A DNA stretch of 64,000 nt, from NCBI GenBank assembly GCA_963766715.1, contig CAVYBH010000001.1, positions 160,001 to 224,000 of the forward strand. The letters are read 5' to 3'. Positions 42,527 through 55,088 of this stretch are shown one piece after another; the first letter of the stretch is position 1, and every line of letters begins with the position of its first letter. Origin of the DNA: an uncultured delta proteobacterium. GTDB taxonomy: Bacteria; Myxococcota; Myxococcia; Myxococcales; Anaeromyxobacteraceae. Made by a program: the position numbers and the translations under genes. The notes beneath the pieces were generated by a model. The model worked only from the letters and a program-made list of their open reading frames with translations. It did no database searches and was not told the DNA's origin.

Positions 42527-42958
42527 TCACTCCGCGCCGAGTGGCCAGCTCTTCCCGGCGAGCGGGAGGCGAAAGCCGCCCGGCGCGGACGGGTCCTCGC
42601 TGAGCAGCATCCCCAGCGCGATCTGGGCGGCGCGGGAGAACCGGGCCGGGTGGCCGGAGGCCAAGGTCGTCCGCAGGCGCCCGTCCGCGCCCACCCGGAG
42701 CGTGCCCGGCACGAGCGGCTCCCGGCCGCCGCCGGCGAGCAGGAGGTCGAGGTTCCCGGGGCGTTCGGCGATCCCGGTGACCACGAACGGGGTCCCGTCC
42801 ACCGTCACGGGGGCGGTCTCCCGCCCCACGCGGACGACCCATCCTTCGCCCGACGGCTCGAGGCCCCGCCAGAGGACCTCCAGCGTCCGCTCGTGGGTCA
42901 CCGCCTCGCCGTGCACGAGGAACCGCCCCTCGTCGTCGATGGAGAGCCCGGGGATCAC
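42527..42958 (-). CDS. DUF1285-like protein
   Basis: LSIDDEGRFLVHGEAVTHER...VGRETAPVTVDGTPFVV...ARFSRAAQ; start uncertain. Confidence 0.55.
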   Translation of the reverse strand: MIPGLSIDDEGRFLVHGEAVTHERTLEVLWRGLEPSGEGWVVRVGRETAPVTVDGTPFVVTGIAERPGNLDLLLAGGGREPLVPGTLRVGADGRLRTTLASGHPARFSRAAQIALGMLLSEDPSAPGGFRLPLAGKSWPLGAE

Positions 42959-43130
42959 GCAGGAGACATAGCGGGAAAGACCAGCTCCGGCGACGGGAGT
43001 GCGCACCTTCCCGACATGGGTGGCCTTGCGAAACCGCCTTCCCGGGTGTCACCTGATCCGGGCAGCGTCGCGTCGTCGGAGGGGGGAGCGCTTGGCACGG
43101 GCATCCAGGTTCGGATCGCTTCACGGATCG

Positions 43131-44401
43131 ATGGCGCTCTGCCTGGCCGCCGTGGCGATGGCGGCGTCCTCCTGCGGCGGCAGCCAGGGGGCCGGCGGGG
43201 CGGCCAGCGCCCTCCCGGTCGTCGCCTCGTTCGCCGCCCAGCCCGCATCCATCGAAGCCGGTGCGTCGAGCCAGCTCTCCTGGAGCGTGACCGGCGCGAC
43301 CTCGCTCGCCATCGATCCGGGAGTCGGCGCGGTGACCGGGGCACGGCACGTCGGTTACGACCGTCCGCGACCACGACCTACACGCTCACCGCGACCAACG
43401 CCGCCGGCAGCGCCACCTCCCAGGCGACGGTGACCGTGACGGGCGGCGGGACGACGGGCGCCTGCAACGGCCTCCCGACCCAGCTCTTCCCGCCCGGCGC
43501 CCCCTGGAACCAGGCCGTCGCCGGCATGGCGCTCGACCCCGAGTCGGACGCCATCGTCGCCTACCTCGCGGCCAACCACACGGCAAGCGCCCGGTTCCAG
43601 ATCACCTTCGACTTCAACCTGCTCTTCGCCGACGTGAACACCCCGCATCGCGCGTTCACGCCGACGGGCGACTTCTTCAGCCCGGACTGCGATCCAGCGC
43701 CCGTGCCGGTGCCGGCGGCCGGCCGGCTGGAAGGGGAGAGCAGCTACGCCTGCGCCTCCGACGGCGACTGCCACCTGACGGTGGTCGACCGCTCCACCTG
43801 TCGCCTGCACGAGCTCTGGCGCGCCAATCTCGCCGGGGGGACCTCGACCGGAACGTTCACGAGCGGCTGCCAGGCGATCTGGGATCTCTCCGCGGTGCCG
43901 CCGGCCACCGGCCGCGGCGACTTCTGCACCAGCGCCGACGCCGCCGGGCTTCCCATCCTGCCGCTCGTCTTCACCGCCGACGAGGTGGCGGCCGGGCGCA
44001 TCGACCACGCCATCCGCTTCGTCCTCCCCAACTCGCTCATCCGGGCCGACGTCTACGTGCGTCCAGGAACGCACTCGACCCGGGCGACCACGGGCGGAAG
44101 CGCCGCGCCTCCCTACTCGGCCCGGCTGCGGCTCAAGGCCTCGAAGGACCTGTCCGGCCTGGGCGCCGGAGCGAGGGTCATCGCCCAGGCCCTGAAGGAG
44201 TACGGCATGTTCCTGGCCGACGGCGGCAACGTGACCTTCACGGCCGCCACCGACGCGCTGACCCCCCACGGGTGGAGCGAGGTCGGCGTCGATTCCGCCA
44301 GCCTCAAGGGGCTCTCCTGGAGCGACTTCGAGGTGGTCGAGCTGGGCGCCCGGCTCCACTACGGGGCGGGCAGCTGCAGCCGGACCCCCATCACCCGCTA
44401 G
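43131..44401 (+). CDS. Lipoprotein with Ig/PKD-like module and uncharacterised C-terminal domain (frameshift near 43350)
   Basis: Lipobox-like AASSCGG; SQLSWSVTGATSLAID...TTYTLTATNAAGS; then GDCHL...SADAAGLPI...IDHAIRF...YGMFLADGG; start may instead be TTG at 43092. Confidence 0.65.
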
Positions 44402-44463
44402 CGAAGCGAGGCGAGCCGCTCGCGGGATGGCGGACGGCCCCGCGATGCGATAGGTGGACCGCC

Positions 44464-44929
44464 GTGAACCCCACAGAGCCCGTCCGCGAGCCGGTCGTCC
44501 GGATCCGTTGCCCCTCGCCCGAGGACGAGGTCCGCTGCCGGACCCTCCTCGAGAAGGCCGGGCTCGCGCCCGAGGCCCAGCTCACCTGGCTCGCCGTCCG
44601 CGACGCCGACCCCGATCGCGTGAACGAGAATCCTCGTCGACGGGGGAGCGCTGGGGCGGGTGGTGGTCCGGGAGCAGATCGGCAAGCTGGTCGGCTTCGT
44701 CATCGACCACGGGCCCGACCTCGCCGCGCGGGCCGGGAGCCTGCGGGCCACCGTGTCGCGCGTCCTCACGAGCGCCGGCCTCTCCGGCCGCTGGTCGCCC
44801 CGCCCGGAGGAGGAGATGGCGGCGGCGGGCGCCGCGCTCCACGAGCACCTCATGGCCACGCGGGGCGGCTTCGTCAGCTGGGAGCGGTTCACCGGCCTCT
44901 TCTGCCGGCGCGAAGCGGGCGGGAGCTAG
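44464..44929 (+). CDS. Hypothetical protein (frameshift near 44630)
   Basis: Two consecutive GC3-rich frames (VNPTEPVREP... and VVREQIGKLVGFVID...). Confidence 0.45.
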
Positions 44930-44959
44930 GCGGGCGGGAGCTAGGCAGGAGCTAGGCGG
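44915..44959. repeat. Short tandem repeat containing GGAGCTAGGC three times
   Basis: GCGGGCGGGAGCTAG x2 plus GCAGGAGCTAG between convergent stop codons. Confidence 0.7.
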
Positions 44960-46236
44960 AACCCGGCGCGCCCAGGGCGCCGACGCCCATCGCCCGGCGC
45001 AGCATGTCGAGCGCCTCGTAGGACGCCGTGCGCCGCACCCGGTCGCGGTCGCCGCGGAAGACCCGGTGCACGGCCTGGGTGCCGGCCGGCCCGGCGAGCG
45101 CCAGCCAGACGGTCCCCACGGGCTTCTCCTCGGTCCCGCCGGTGGGGCCGGCGATGCCGGTGATGCCGATGCCCCAGGTGGCCCGGCCGAGGTGGCGGAC
45201 CCCCTCGGCCATCGCGCGAGCCGCCGCCTCCGACACCGCGCCGTGGGCCGAGAGCACCTCCGGCGCCACGCCCACCACGCCGGTCTTCACGTCGTTCGCG
45301 TAGGCCACCACCCCCAGGTCGAAGACGTTCGACGACCCGGAGATCGCGGTGAGCATCTCGGCGACCATCCCGCCGGTGCAGCTCTCGGCCAGCGCCACCC
45401 GCTCCCCGCGGCGGGCCAGCGCCTCCACCACCAGCCGGGCCAGCTCGTCCTTCCCCTCGGCGAAGACCGACGCGCCGAAGAGGGCGCGGACCCGCGCCAG
45501 GATCCGGTCGGCGCGCGCCTCCGCGTCCGGCCCCGGCACGGCCCACTTCACGTGGATCTCCGGCCAGTGGGCCCGGTAGCCGAAGCGCACGTCCCGGTTC
45601 TCCGGGTCGTCCATGACGGGGCGCATGGCCTGGTCGGCGTGCGACTCCGGGACCGCGAAGAGCTTCACCAGCCGGAAGGCGGGCGCCGACCCGACGCGCG
45701 ACGAGACCCGGGGCAGGACGAACTCCTCCGAGAGGCCGCGGTACTCGACCGGCACGCCCGGGAGCGCCACCAGCTCGCCCCGCCCGAGCCGGACCAGGAA
45801 CCCCGGCGCCGTGCCGAACCGGTTCGGGACGACCGTGGCGCCGCGGGGGAAGCGGGCCTGCTTGGCGTTGTTGGGCGTCATCTCCCGCCCCAGCTTCCGG
45901 AAGCGCTCCCGGATGGCCTCGAGCGACGGCGCGTGGACCTCGAGCGGCACGCCCATGGCCGCCGCCACCACCTCGGCGGTCAGGTCGTCCTCGGTGGGCC
46001 CGAGGCCGCCGCTCATGACCACCAGGTCGGAGCGGCCGGTGGTCTCCCGGATGGCGGCGAGCAGGTCGTCGCGGTCGTCGGCGACGAGCGTCTTGCGGCG
46101 CGGCATCACCCCCAGGTCCCAGAGCCGGTCCATCAGCCAGGCCGAGTTGGTGTCCACGATCTGGCCGGTGAGGAGCTCGTCGCCGGTGGCGAGCAGCTCG
46201 ACGTGCAGGGGCGGGGGGGGGGCTCGCGTCGTTCAC
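44952..46236 (-). CDS. cinA: CinA: molybdopterin-binding-like domain plus NMN deamidase (PncC) domain; frameshift in G-run near 46215
   Basis: ATGDELLTGQIVDTNS, GGLGPTEDDLT, LPGVP, AESCTGG, GAVS, ITGIAGPTGG. Confidence 0.92.
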
Positions 46237-46777
46237 GGGGTCAGCTCCATGCACCACCAGTGGAGGCCGCCGGTGCAGCCGAGGAGCAGCGTCAGGGCGA
46301 GCTGGACGAAGGCGAGCGCCAGCCCCGCGTAGATGCCGGCCGCCACGTCGTCCATCACCACCCCGAAGCCGCTCTTCACCCGGTCGAGGGCGGACGCCGG
46401 CCAGGGCTTCGCGATGTCGAAGAGCCGGAAGAGCAGGAAGCCGGCGATGGCCGTCCCCCAGGACCAGGGGAAGAAGGCCATGGCGACGAGGTACCCCACC
46501 ACCTCGTCGATGACGATGGGGGATGCGTCCACGACCTTCCAGTAGGCGCCGGCGCGCGGGTCGCGGCGAGGACGGCGAGGACGAAGAGCGCGGCGGTGGC
46601 GGCGAGGTAGGCCGGCAGGGGCGCCTGCCGGAGCAGCCAGAAGAGCGGGATGGCGCCCAGCGTGCCGACCGTGCCCGGCACCACCGGCGAGAAGCCGCAG
46701 GGGCCCCAGGCCGCCAGGATCACCCAGGGTGTCGGGCGGCCGTCGGGCCGACCCTTCTTGAGGACGAGCGAGGCCAT
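46233..46777 (-). CDS. pgpA: Phosphatidylglycerophosphatase A (frameshift near 46550)
   Basis: PGTVGT, IVIDEVVG, FRLFDIAKPWP, GVVMDDVAAG. Confidence 0.92.
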
Positions 46778-46795
46778 GGCGGGGCGGGAGCCCGG

Positions 46796-47644
46796 CTAGA
46801 TGTACTCGTCTCCCTCGTCCTTCGCCTCGACGTCGTCGTCGTCCGCCTCGAGCGCCTCGTCCGACTCAATCTCGCGGCGCACCGACGCGGGCAGCATCGC
46901 GGTCTCGAGCCGCTTGCGGAAGAAGATCGACTCGACCAGCCCGAGGAGGATGTAGGCCCCCGCGAACACCAGGAGGACGAAGGAGGCCCGCGTGGCGATT
47001 CCGATGATCACGCCGGCCGCGAGGACGAAGACGAAGGTGGCGAGGCTGCGCGCGTTGAGGTGGGTGTCCTTGAAGGTCCGGTAGCGGACCGTGGAGACCA
47101 TGAGGAAGGAGAGCAGCGCCACCCCGATGGCGATGGGGACGTGGGTGGAGGGCTCGGTGGGCGCGCCGAACTGCCGGTAGTGGGCGATCACCACCGAGAC
47201 GAGCGCGCCGGCCGCGAGCGGGATGGGCAGCCCGGTGAAGAACCGGTGCGAGGCCTTGTCCCCGCGGGCCGCCAGCACGTTGAAGCGGGCCAGCCGCAGC
47301 GCGCCGCAGGCGGCGAAGGAGAAGGAGAGGAAGAGCCCCAGGAACCCCATCGGCGCGAGCGCCCACTTGTAGACGAGCAGGGCGGGCGCGGCGCCGAAGG
47401 AGATCACGTCGGCCAGGCTGTCGAGCTGGACGCCGAAGTCGGACTGGGTCCGCGTCATGCGCGCCACCCGGCCGTCGAACATGTCGAAGAAGATGGCGAA
47501 GAAGATGGCCAGGGCCGCCCGGTAGAGCTGCTCCGGGGAGGCGTCCCCGGAGGCCAGCGTCATCGAGTAGAAGCCGAGGAAGATCGAGCTGACCGTGAAC
47601 AGGTTCGGCAGCACGAACATGGCCTTGCGCAGGTTGATCTGCAT
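46796..47644 (-). CDS. pssA: CDP-diacylglycerol--serine O-phosphatidyltransferase
   Basis: LPNLFT, DMFDGRVARMT...FGVQLDSLADVISFGAAP, LRLARFN, FTGLPIP. Confidence 0.9.
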   Translation of the reverse strand: MQINLRKAMFVLPNLFTVSSIFLGFYSMTLASGDASPEQLYRAALAIFFAIFFDMFDGRVARMTRTQSDFGVQLDSLADVISFGAAPALLVYKWALAPMGFLGLFLSFSFAACGALRLARFNVLAARGDKASHRFFTGLPIPLAAGALVSVVIAHYRQFGAPTEPSTHVPIAIGVALLSFLMVSTVRYRTFKDTHLNARSLATFVFVLAAGVIIGIATRASFVLLVFAGAYILLGLVESIFFRKRLETAMLPASVRREIESDEALEADDDDVEAKDEGDEYI

Positions 47645-47841
47645 CGCTGGCGGGGTCCTCCCGAAGGCCCTCTGCTCCCCGGAGGCTGGCACGCGAGCCG
47701 GGGGTTGTCGAGGCAACGTCCGTCACCCGGGGATGTAAGCGCCCCATCCGGGGGCCGCCACGATCCCGGCGGGGGCGAGACTGTCGCGTGAATACGTCCT
47801 GATTACAGATACTTGTGCTGCCGCCGGGCCGCGCCGGCCGA

Positions 47842-48878
<1,037 letters not shown>

Positions 48879-48913
48879 GAATCCTCCGGGGGCGCGGATG
48901 CTACCATCGCCGC

Positions 48914-49639
48914 GTGAGGGAGCGCGAACGTGCCGGGAAGGTCTTCGACGCGCTCGAGGCGGCCATGCCCGGGGCTCGCATCGAGCTCGACTTCCGCTCC
49001 GACCTGCAGCTGCTCGTGGCGGTGATCCTCTCGGCCCAGTGCACCGACGCCCGCGTGAACGAGGCCACCCCCGGGCTCTTCGCGGCCTACCCGGACGCCG
49101 CCGCGCTCGCCGCCGCCCGGCCCGAGGACCTCTGGCCGCACGTCCGTCGCCTGGGCCTCTTCCGCAACAAGGCGAAGGCCATCGTGGCCGCCGCCCGGGT
49201 CATCCAGGAGGCGCACGGCGGGAAGGTCCCCCGGACCCGGGAGGCGCTCGAGGCGCTGCCCGGGGTGGGGCGGAAGACGGCGGGCGTGGTGCTCGTCCAC
49301 CTGGGCGCCGGGCACGCCTTCCCGGTGGACACGCACGTCGGCCGGGTCTCGCGCCGCCTGGGGTTCACGCGCCAGGAGAACCCGGATCGGGTGGAGGAGG
49401 AGCTGTCGGCCCTGCTCCCGCCCGAGCGCTGGGGGCTCGCGCACCAGCTGCTCGTGTGGCACGGGCGGAGGACCTGCCACGCCCGCAAGCCCGCCTGCGC
49501 TGGCTGCGCGGTGGCGGGACTGTGCCGGAAGGTGGGGGTGGCCCCGCAGGGCGGGGCGGCCCGGCGCGCTAGAGCGCCGAGCGGTGCTGCGCGGCCTTCC
49601 TCACCTCTTCGGGCGTCTCCGAGGCGCGGTCGGCCTTGA
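48914..49639 (+). CDS. nth: Endonuclease III
   Basis: [41 protein letters not shown]; true 3' end may be shorter. Confidence 0.93.
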   Translation: MRERERAGKVFDALEAAMPGARIELDFRSDLQLLVAVILSAQCTDARVNEATPGLFAAYPDAAALAAARPEDLWPHVRRLGLFRNKAKAIVAAARVIQEAHGGKVPRTREALEALPGVGRKTAGVVLVHLGAGHAFPVDTHVGRVSRRLGFTRQENPDRVEEELSALLPPERWGLAHQLLVWHGRRTCHARKPACAGCAVAGLCRKVGVAPQGGAARRARAPSGAARPSSPLRASPRRGRP

Positions 49640-50127
49640 GCTTCTTCATGCGCCGGCGGATCAGCTCGCGCTTGAGGCTGGAGAGGTGGTCGACGAAGAC
49701 CGTGCCCTCGAGGTGGTCGTGCTCGTGCTGCACGGCGATGGACGAGCAACTCCTCGGCCTCCATCTCGAAGGGCTTCCCGCGGTAGTCGAGCGCGCGCAC
49801 CCAGACCTTCGCGAAGCGGTCGACGTCCTCGGCCTCGCCGGGGATGGAGAGGCAGCCCTCGGTGTAGGTGGTCTCGCCCTCGGCCCGGACGATGACCGGG
49901 TTCACGAGGTGGATGAGCTTCTGCCCGTCCTGCCGGGGGGAGGTGTCGATGACCAGGCAGCGCTTGAGCACGCCAATCTGCGGGGCGGCCAGGCCGACGC
50001 CGTCGGCCGCGTACATGGTCTCGGACATGTCGTCGAGCAGGCGGCGGATGCCGTCGTCGACCTTGTCGACGGGCAGGGAGGGCTGCTTCAGCAGGGGTTC
50101 GGGCCAGATGAGGATGTCGCGGACCAT
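49569..50127 (-). CDS. def: Peptide deformylase (frameshift near 49740)
   Basis: GVGLAAPQIG, EGCLSIPG, QHEHDHLEG. Confidence 0.95.
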
Positions 50128-50194
50128 CGTTCGAGCTCCAGGTTCGCCAGGCATGATAATCGGCGCGGGCTCGTCGTGCACCTCCGGACTCGGC

Positions 50195-52404
50195 TCAGAG
50201 CATGGCGTGCGGGTCGACGTCGAAACGGACGCTGGCCCCCCCGGGCGGCCGGGCGGCGGCCGGCTTGAGGGCCCGGTGGACGCGCCGGAGGGCCGCGGCG
50301 TCGGAGGCGCGGAAGAGCAGGTGCCAGCGGCTGCGCCCCCGGATCCGCTCGATGGCGGCCGGGGCCGGACCGAGCAGGGTGACCCCCTCCCCGAGCGCCG
50401 GGCGGGCCGCCTCTCCGAGCGCCTCGGCGGTGCGCCGGGCGCCGTCCTCCGACCCCTCGACCCGCACCGCCAGCATCCGGCCGAAGGGCGGGTAGCCGAG
50501 GGTCCGCCGCCGGTCGAGCTCCAGCTCGGCGAAGCCGGCGTAGTCGTGACCCACCGCGAAGGCGACCGCCGGGGAGTGGGGGTGGAAGGTCTGGACGATG
50601 ACCTGCCCGGGATCGGCGCCGCGCCCGGCCCGGCCGGCCACCTGGGTGAGCAGCTGGAAGGTCCGCTCGGCGGCCCGGAAGTCGGGCAGCGCGAGCGCGG
50701 TGTCGGCGAGCACCACCCCCACCAGCGTGACCCCCGGGAAGTCGTGCCCCTTCGTCACCATCTGCGTGCCCACCAGCACGTCGATCTCGCGGCGGGCGAA
50801 GCGGGCCAGCAGCTCGGCCACGTCGGCCGCGCCGGCCAGCGCGTCGCGGTCCATCCGCGCCACCCGCGCGCCGGGCACGATCTCCTTCACCGCCGCCTCC
50901 ACCTGCTCGGTGCCCACCCCCACGCCGGCCCGCTCCCCGCCGCAGGCCGGGCAGGTGCGGCTCATGCGCTCGGTGGCGCCGCAGTAGTGGCAGAGGAGCA
51001 CCCCGCGCCGGGCGTGCAGGGTGAGCGAGACCGAGCAGTTCTCGCAGCGCTCCTCGCGGCCGCAGTCCCGGCACAGGACGAGCGTCTGGAAGCCGCGGCG
51101 GTTGAGGAAGAGGATGGCCTGCCGCCCGGCCCGCACCGTGTCGGCGAGCGCATCGCGGAGGACCGGCGAGAGGAGCCCGGGCAGGGGGAGCCCCTTGCGG
51201 ATGCGGGACAGGTCGACGATCCGCACCTCGGGCAGCGGGCGGTCGTCGATGCGCCGCGGGAGCTCGATGCGCTCGTACTTCCCGGTGCGGGCGTTCTCGA
51301 GGGTCTCGAGCGAGGGCGTGGCCGAGCCGAGCACGCAGACCGCCCCCTCCTCGCGGGCCCGGACCACCGCCAGGTCGCGCGCGTGGTAGCCGGGGCCGTC
51401 GTCCTGCTTGAAGGACGGGTCGTGCTCCTCGTCGACCACCACGATGCCCAGGTCCTGCACCGGCGCGAAGACGGCGCTGCGGACCCCCACGCAGATGCGG
51501 GCCTCGCCCCGGCGCAGCCGCAGCCACTCCGAGTGACGCTCCCGGTCGGAGAGCCCGCTGTGGAGCAGCGCCACCTCGGCGCCGAAGCGGGCGCGGAAGC
51601 GGCCGGCCAGCTGCGGGGTGAGCGCAATCTCCGGCACGAGCACGAGCGCCCCGCGGCCGGCGGCGCGGGCCACGCGCGATGGCGTGCAGGTAGACCTCGG
51701 TCTTCCCGGAGCCGGTCACGCCGTGGAGCAGGAAGGTGCGGAAGGTCCCGGCCGCCGCGGTGATCCGGGCCAGCGCCGCCGACTGATCGGCGGTCAGCGC
51801 GGGGGGCGTCTCGGCGCCGGGGAGGAGCGCGTCGCCGCCCGCCACCCCGGCCACGGTCTCCACGGTGGCGAGGCCGTCCTTCACGAGCGCGGAGAGGATG
51901 GGGCGCCCGCGCGGGAAGGCGGCCCGGAGCTCCTCGACCGGGATGCGCCCGCGGGCGAGCAGGTACTCGAGGACGGCGCGCCGGGCGTGGGCCCGGGGCG
52001 CGATCCCCGCGCAGGGCCTCGGCGGCGCCGGGTGCCGGAGCGGCGTAGTCGACCCCGCGCCGGGTGGGCGCGGCGCCCCCGCGCCTGGCGTTCAGGCCGG
52101 GGGGAAGCGCGGCGCGGAGCAGCTCGCCCGGCGGGGCCAGGTAGTAGTCCTCGGCCCAGCGCAGGAGCCGGAGCAAGGGCTCGGTGAAGGGAGGGAACTC
52201 GTCGAGCACGCCGGTCACGTCGCGCAGCTCGACCCCCGGCGGCGGGGAGAGCGGCAGCCCGATCACGTAGCCGGTGGCCCGCTGGCTCTTGCCGAACGGC
52301 ACGGCGACGCGGCTCCCCAGCGACACCTCGCCGGCGAGCCGGCTGGGGACGCGGTAGGTGAAGGTGCCGCGGACGGCGGCAGCGACGGCGACCTCGACGA
52401 GCAC
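50195..52404 (-). CDS. priA: Primosomal protein N' (frameshifts near 52005 and 51675)
   Basis: GVTGSGKTEVY, LVPEIALTPQ, DEEHD, SATPS, LNRRGF, four CxxC, QVAGRAGR. Confidence 0.95.
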
Positions 52405-52436
52405 GGGGGCCGGAGTCTATCAGCCCGGTCTGCGAC

Positions 52437-53301
52437 CTACCGGACGAGCTGCCGGAGGTACTCGAGCAGGTGCTCGCGGAGCTCCGGGCGCTGGAGGGCG
52501 AAGGCGATGTTGGCCTTCAGGAAGCCGAAGCGGTCGCCGGCGTCGTGGCGCTCGCCCTCGAACCGGTAGCCGAGCAGTCCCTCCTCGCGGGCCAGCACGG
52601 CGAGCGCGTCGGTGAGCTGGATCTCGCCGCCCACGCCGGGCTTCACCTGCTCCAGGATGCGAGAAGATCCGGGGCGGCAGGACGTAGCGGCCAATCACCG
52701 CCAGCCGGGAGGGGGCGTCCTGCTTCGGCTTCTCCACCAGCTTCTCGATGCGGATGGTGCGCTCGTCGAGGGCCGGTCCGGCGGCGATGCCGTACATGTG
52801 GGTCTCGGCGGGCGGCACCTCCATGAGGGCGATGGTGCCGAGGCCGTTCCGCTCGTAGCAGGCGGCGAGCTGCTTCGCGGCCGGGACGGCGGCGTCGATG
52901 ATGTCGTCGCCCAGCATGACCACGAAGGGCTCGTCGCCGACCAGCGCCTTCGCGCAGAGCACCGCGTGCCCCAGCCCGAGCGGCTCCTGCTGGCGGACCG
53001 TGACCACGTTCGCCATCTTGGCGATGGCCCGCATCTGCTCGCGGAGCGCCTCCTTGCCGGTGCGCGACAGGTGGGCCTCGAGCTCCGGGGCGATGTCGAA
53101 GTGGTCGACGATCGAGTCCTTGCCGCGCGCGCAGACCAGGATCACCTCTTCCACGCCGGCGGCCACCGCCTCCTCGACGATGTACTGGATCGTCGGGCGA
53201 TCGACGATGGGGAGGAGCTCCTTGGGGACGGCCTTGGTGGCCGGCAGGAAGCGGGTACCGAGTCCTGCGGCGGGGATGACGGCCTTGCGGATCGTCGACA
53301 T
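52437..53301 (-). CDS. galU: UTP--glucose-1-phosphate uridylyltransferase (frameshift near 52660)
   Basis: KAVIPAAGLGTRFLPATKAVPKELLP, LGLGHAV, VEKP, GEIQLTDAL. Confidence 0.95.
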
Positions 53302-53406
53302 GGGCCGAGAATGTAGCCGCCGATCCGCCCGCCGGAAAGTACCGAGCTCGGGGCGCGAGATGATCCGCGTCCTTGCCGGGTGATCGGCGGGTGATATCGT
53401 GCCCCG

Positions 53407-54283
53407 GTGCGCAGACTCCTCGCCCTGATCGCTCCTCGCCGTCGTCCTGCCCGCCCAGGCCCAGGAGGGGCCGCTTCCCCCCACGCCCACCAACTACATC
53501 TACGCGCGGTCCATGGCGATGTCGGCCTACCGCGGGCTCATCGGCGAGAACGACGCCATCTTCTACAATCCCGGCGCGCTGGCGGCGAAGAAGCGCTTCG
53601 ACGTCGAGCTGGCAGGTCTCATGTACCGCGTGGGGGCGGACACCGACGGGACGATGTTCGGCGGCTCGGTGGTCGACTCGATCTCCAGCCCGCTCGCGGC
53701 CGGCTTCTCCTACAACTACGTCACCACGCTCGGCTACAAGACCCGGGGCGCGTTCGGCGGCATGACCAACATGGCGGTGGGCTTCGCCGGTCGGGGACAA
53801 CCTGTTCCTCGGGCGCCACCGGCACCTACCTGAACCTCTACTCCTCGCTTCGCCTCGGTGAGCGCCGCCACGGTCACCGTGGGTGCGCTGGTCTCGTTCG
53901 GCAAGTTCGTCTCGGCGGGCTTCGCCGGCTACAACCTCATCAACACCTACCACCCCGACATCCTGCCGCTCGCCATGGGCGGCGGGGTCGCGCTCGGTCC
54001 GGAGAACACCTTCCACGTCACCGGCGACTGGTACCGGGAGTTCGGCGCCAACGGCGTCCACGCCGACAAGTGGGCCGCCGGGGCCGAGGTCCTCCTCTTC
54101 GACGTGGCGGCGCTGCGCGGCGGGTGGCTCTACGACGCCGGCTCGAACCGGCAGTGGTGGTCGACGGGCGCCGGCTTCAACGTGCAGGGATTCGGCGCCG
54201 ACTTCGCCTACCGGCAGAGCTTCGGCGGGCAGACGTTCCGGACGCTCGCCCTGATGATCAAGGTCGACGTCCCGGGGATGTGA
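53407..54283 (+). CDS. Outer-membrane beta-barrel protein, PorV/FadL-like (frameshifted)
   Basis: Signal peptide; ARSMAM...DAIFYNPGALA plug-like motif; amphipathic strands, ALRGGW...STGAGF...ADFAY. Confidence 0.6.
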
Positions 54284-55088
54284 TCGGCAGCACCACCGGC
54301 GCCCCGGTGGCGCCGTTCTCCCCGCGCCAGACCGGCACGCCCCACACCTCGCCCACCCGCTCGGCGGTCAGCACCTCGCGCGGCGGACCGTCCGCGACCA
54401 CGCGCCCGTCGGAGAGGGCCACGATCCGGTCGGCCGACCCGCCGGCCAGGTTGAGGTCGTGGAGCACCGCCACCACGCAGAGCCCGGCCCTCGCCGCCAC
54501 CCGGGCCATCTCCATGGCGGCCACCTGGTGGGCCAGGTCGAGGAAGGCGGTGGGCTCGTCGAGCAGGAGGACGCGCGGCTCCTGGGCGAGCGCCCGGGCG
54601 AAGAAGACCCGCCGCCGCTCGCCGCCGGAGAGCGCGTCGAGCCGGCGGTCGGCCAGCGAGAGCAGGTCGCAGGCGCGCAGCGCGCCGTCCACCGCGCCGT
54701 GGTCGAAGGGGCCGGGCACGGCGAGCAGCCCCTGGTGCGGCGCCCGCCCCATCATGACCGCCTCACGGACCGTGAAGGGCCAGGGCGCCCGGGGCTCCTG
54801 GGGCACGAGCGCGCAGACCCGCGCGAAGGCCCGGCGGGGCGCGCCGTGGGCGTCGAGCCCGCCCACGCGGACGCTCCCCTCCGACGGCGCGAGCAGGCCG
54901 GCGGCGAGCCGGAGCAGCGTGCTCTTCCCGGCGCCGTTCGGCCCCAGCAGCGCCACCAGCTCGCCCGCACGCGCGGTGAACGAGACCCGGCGCAGCGCCG
55001 GGCGCCCTCCGTAGTCGAAGGAGACCTCCTCGGCGATGACGAGCGGCGTGCCCGGGGGCGCCAGCGCGGGGGGCGGGCCGGGCCTCAC
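54258..55088 (-). CDS. btuD: Cobalamin/iron-chelate ABC transporter ATPase
   Basis: GPNGAGKST, LSGGERRR, LLLDEPTAFLD, VLHDLNLA; last gene of the riboswitch operon. Confidence 0.85.
   Translation of the reverse strand: MRPGPPPALAPPGTPLVIAEEVSFDYGGRPALRRVSFTARAGELVALLGPNGAGKSTLLRLAAGLLAPSEGSVRVGGLDAHGAPRRAFARVCALVPQEPRAPWPFTVREAVMMGRAPHQGLLAVPGPFDHGAVDGALRACDLLSLADRRLDALSGGERRRVFFARALAQEPRVLLLDEPTAFLDLAHQVAAMEMARVAARAGLCVVAVLHDLNLAGGSADRIVALSDGRVVADGPPREVLTAERVGEVWGVPVWRGENGATGAPVVLPITSPGRRP

Noticed and set aside
43093..43108. TGGCACG as a sigma54 -24 box (also near 47687)
   Set aside because: No GC at the -12 position at the required spacing
49569..49639. 70-bp convergent overlap of nth and def
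   Set aside because: The nth tail is low-complexity and probably extended by an indel
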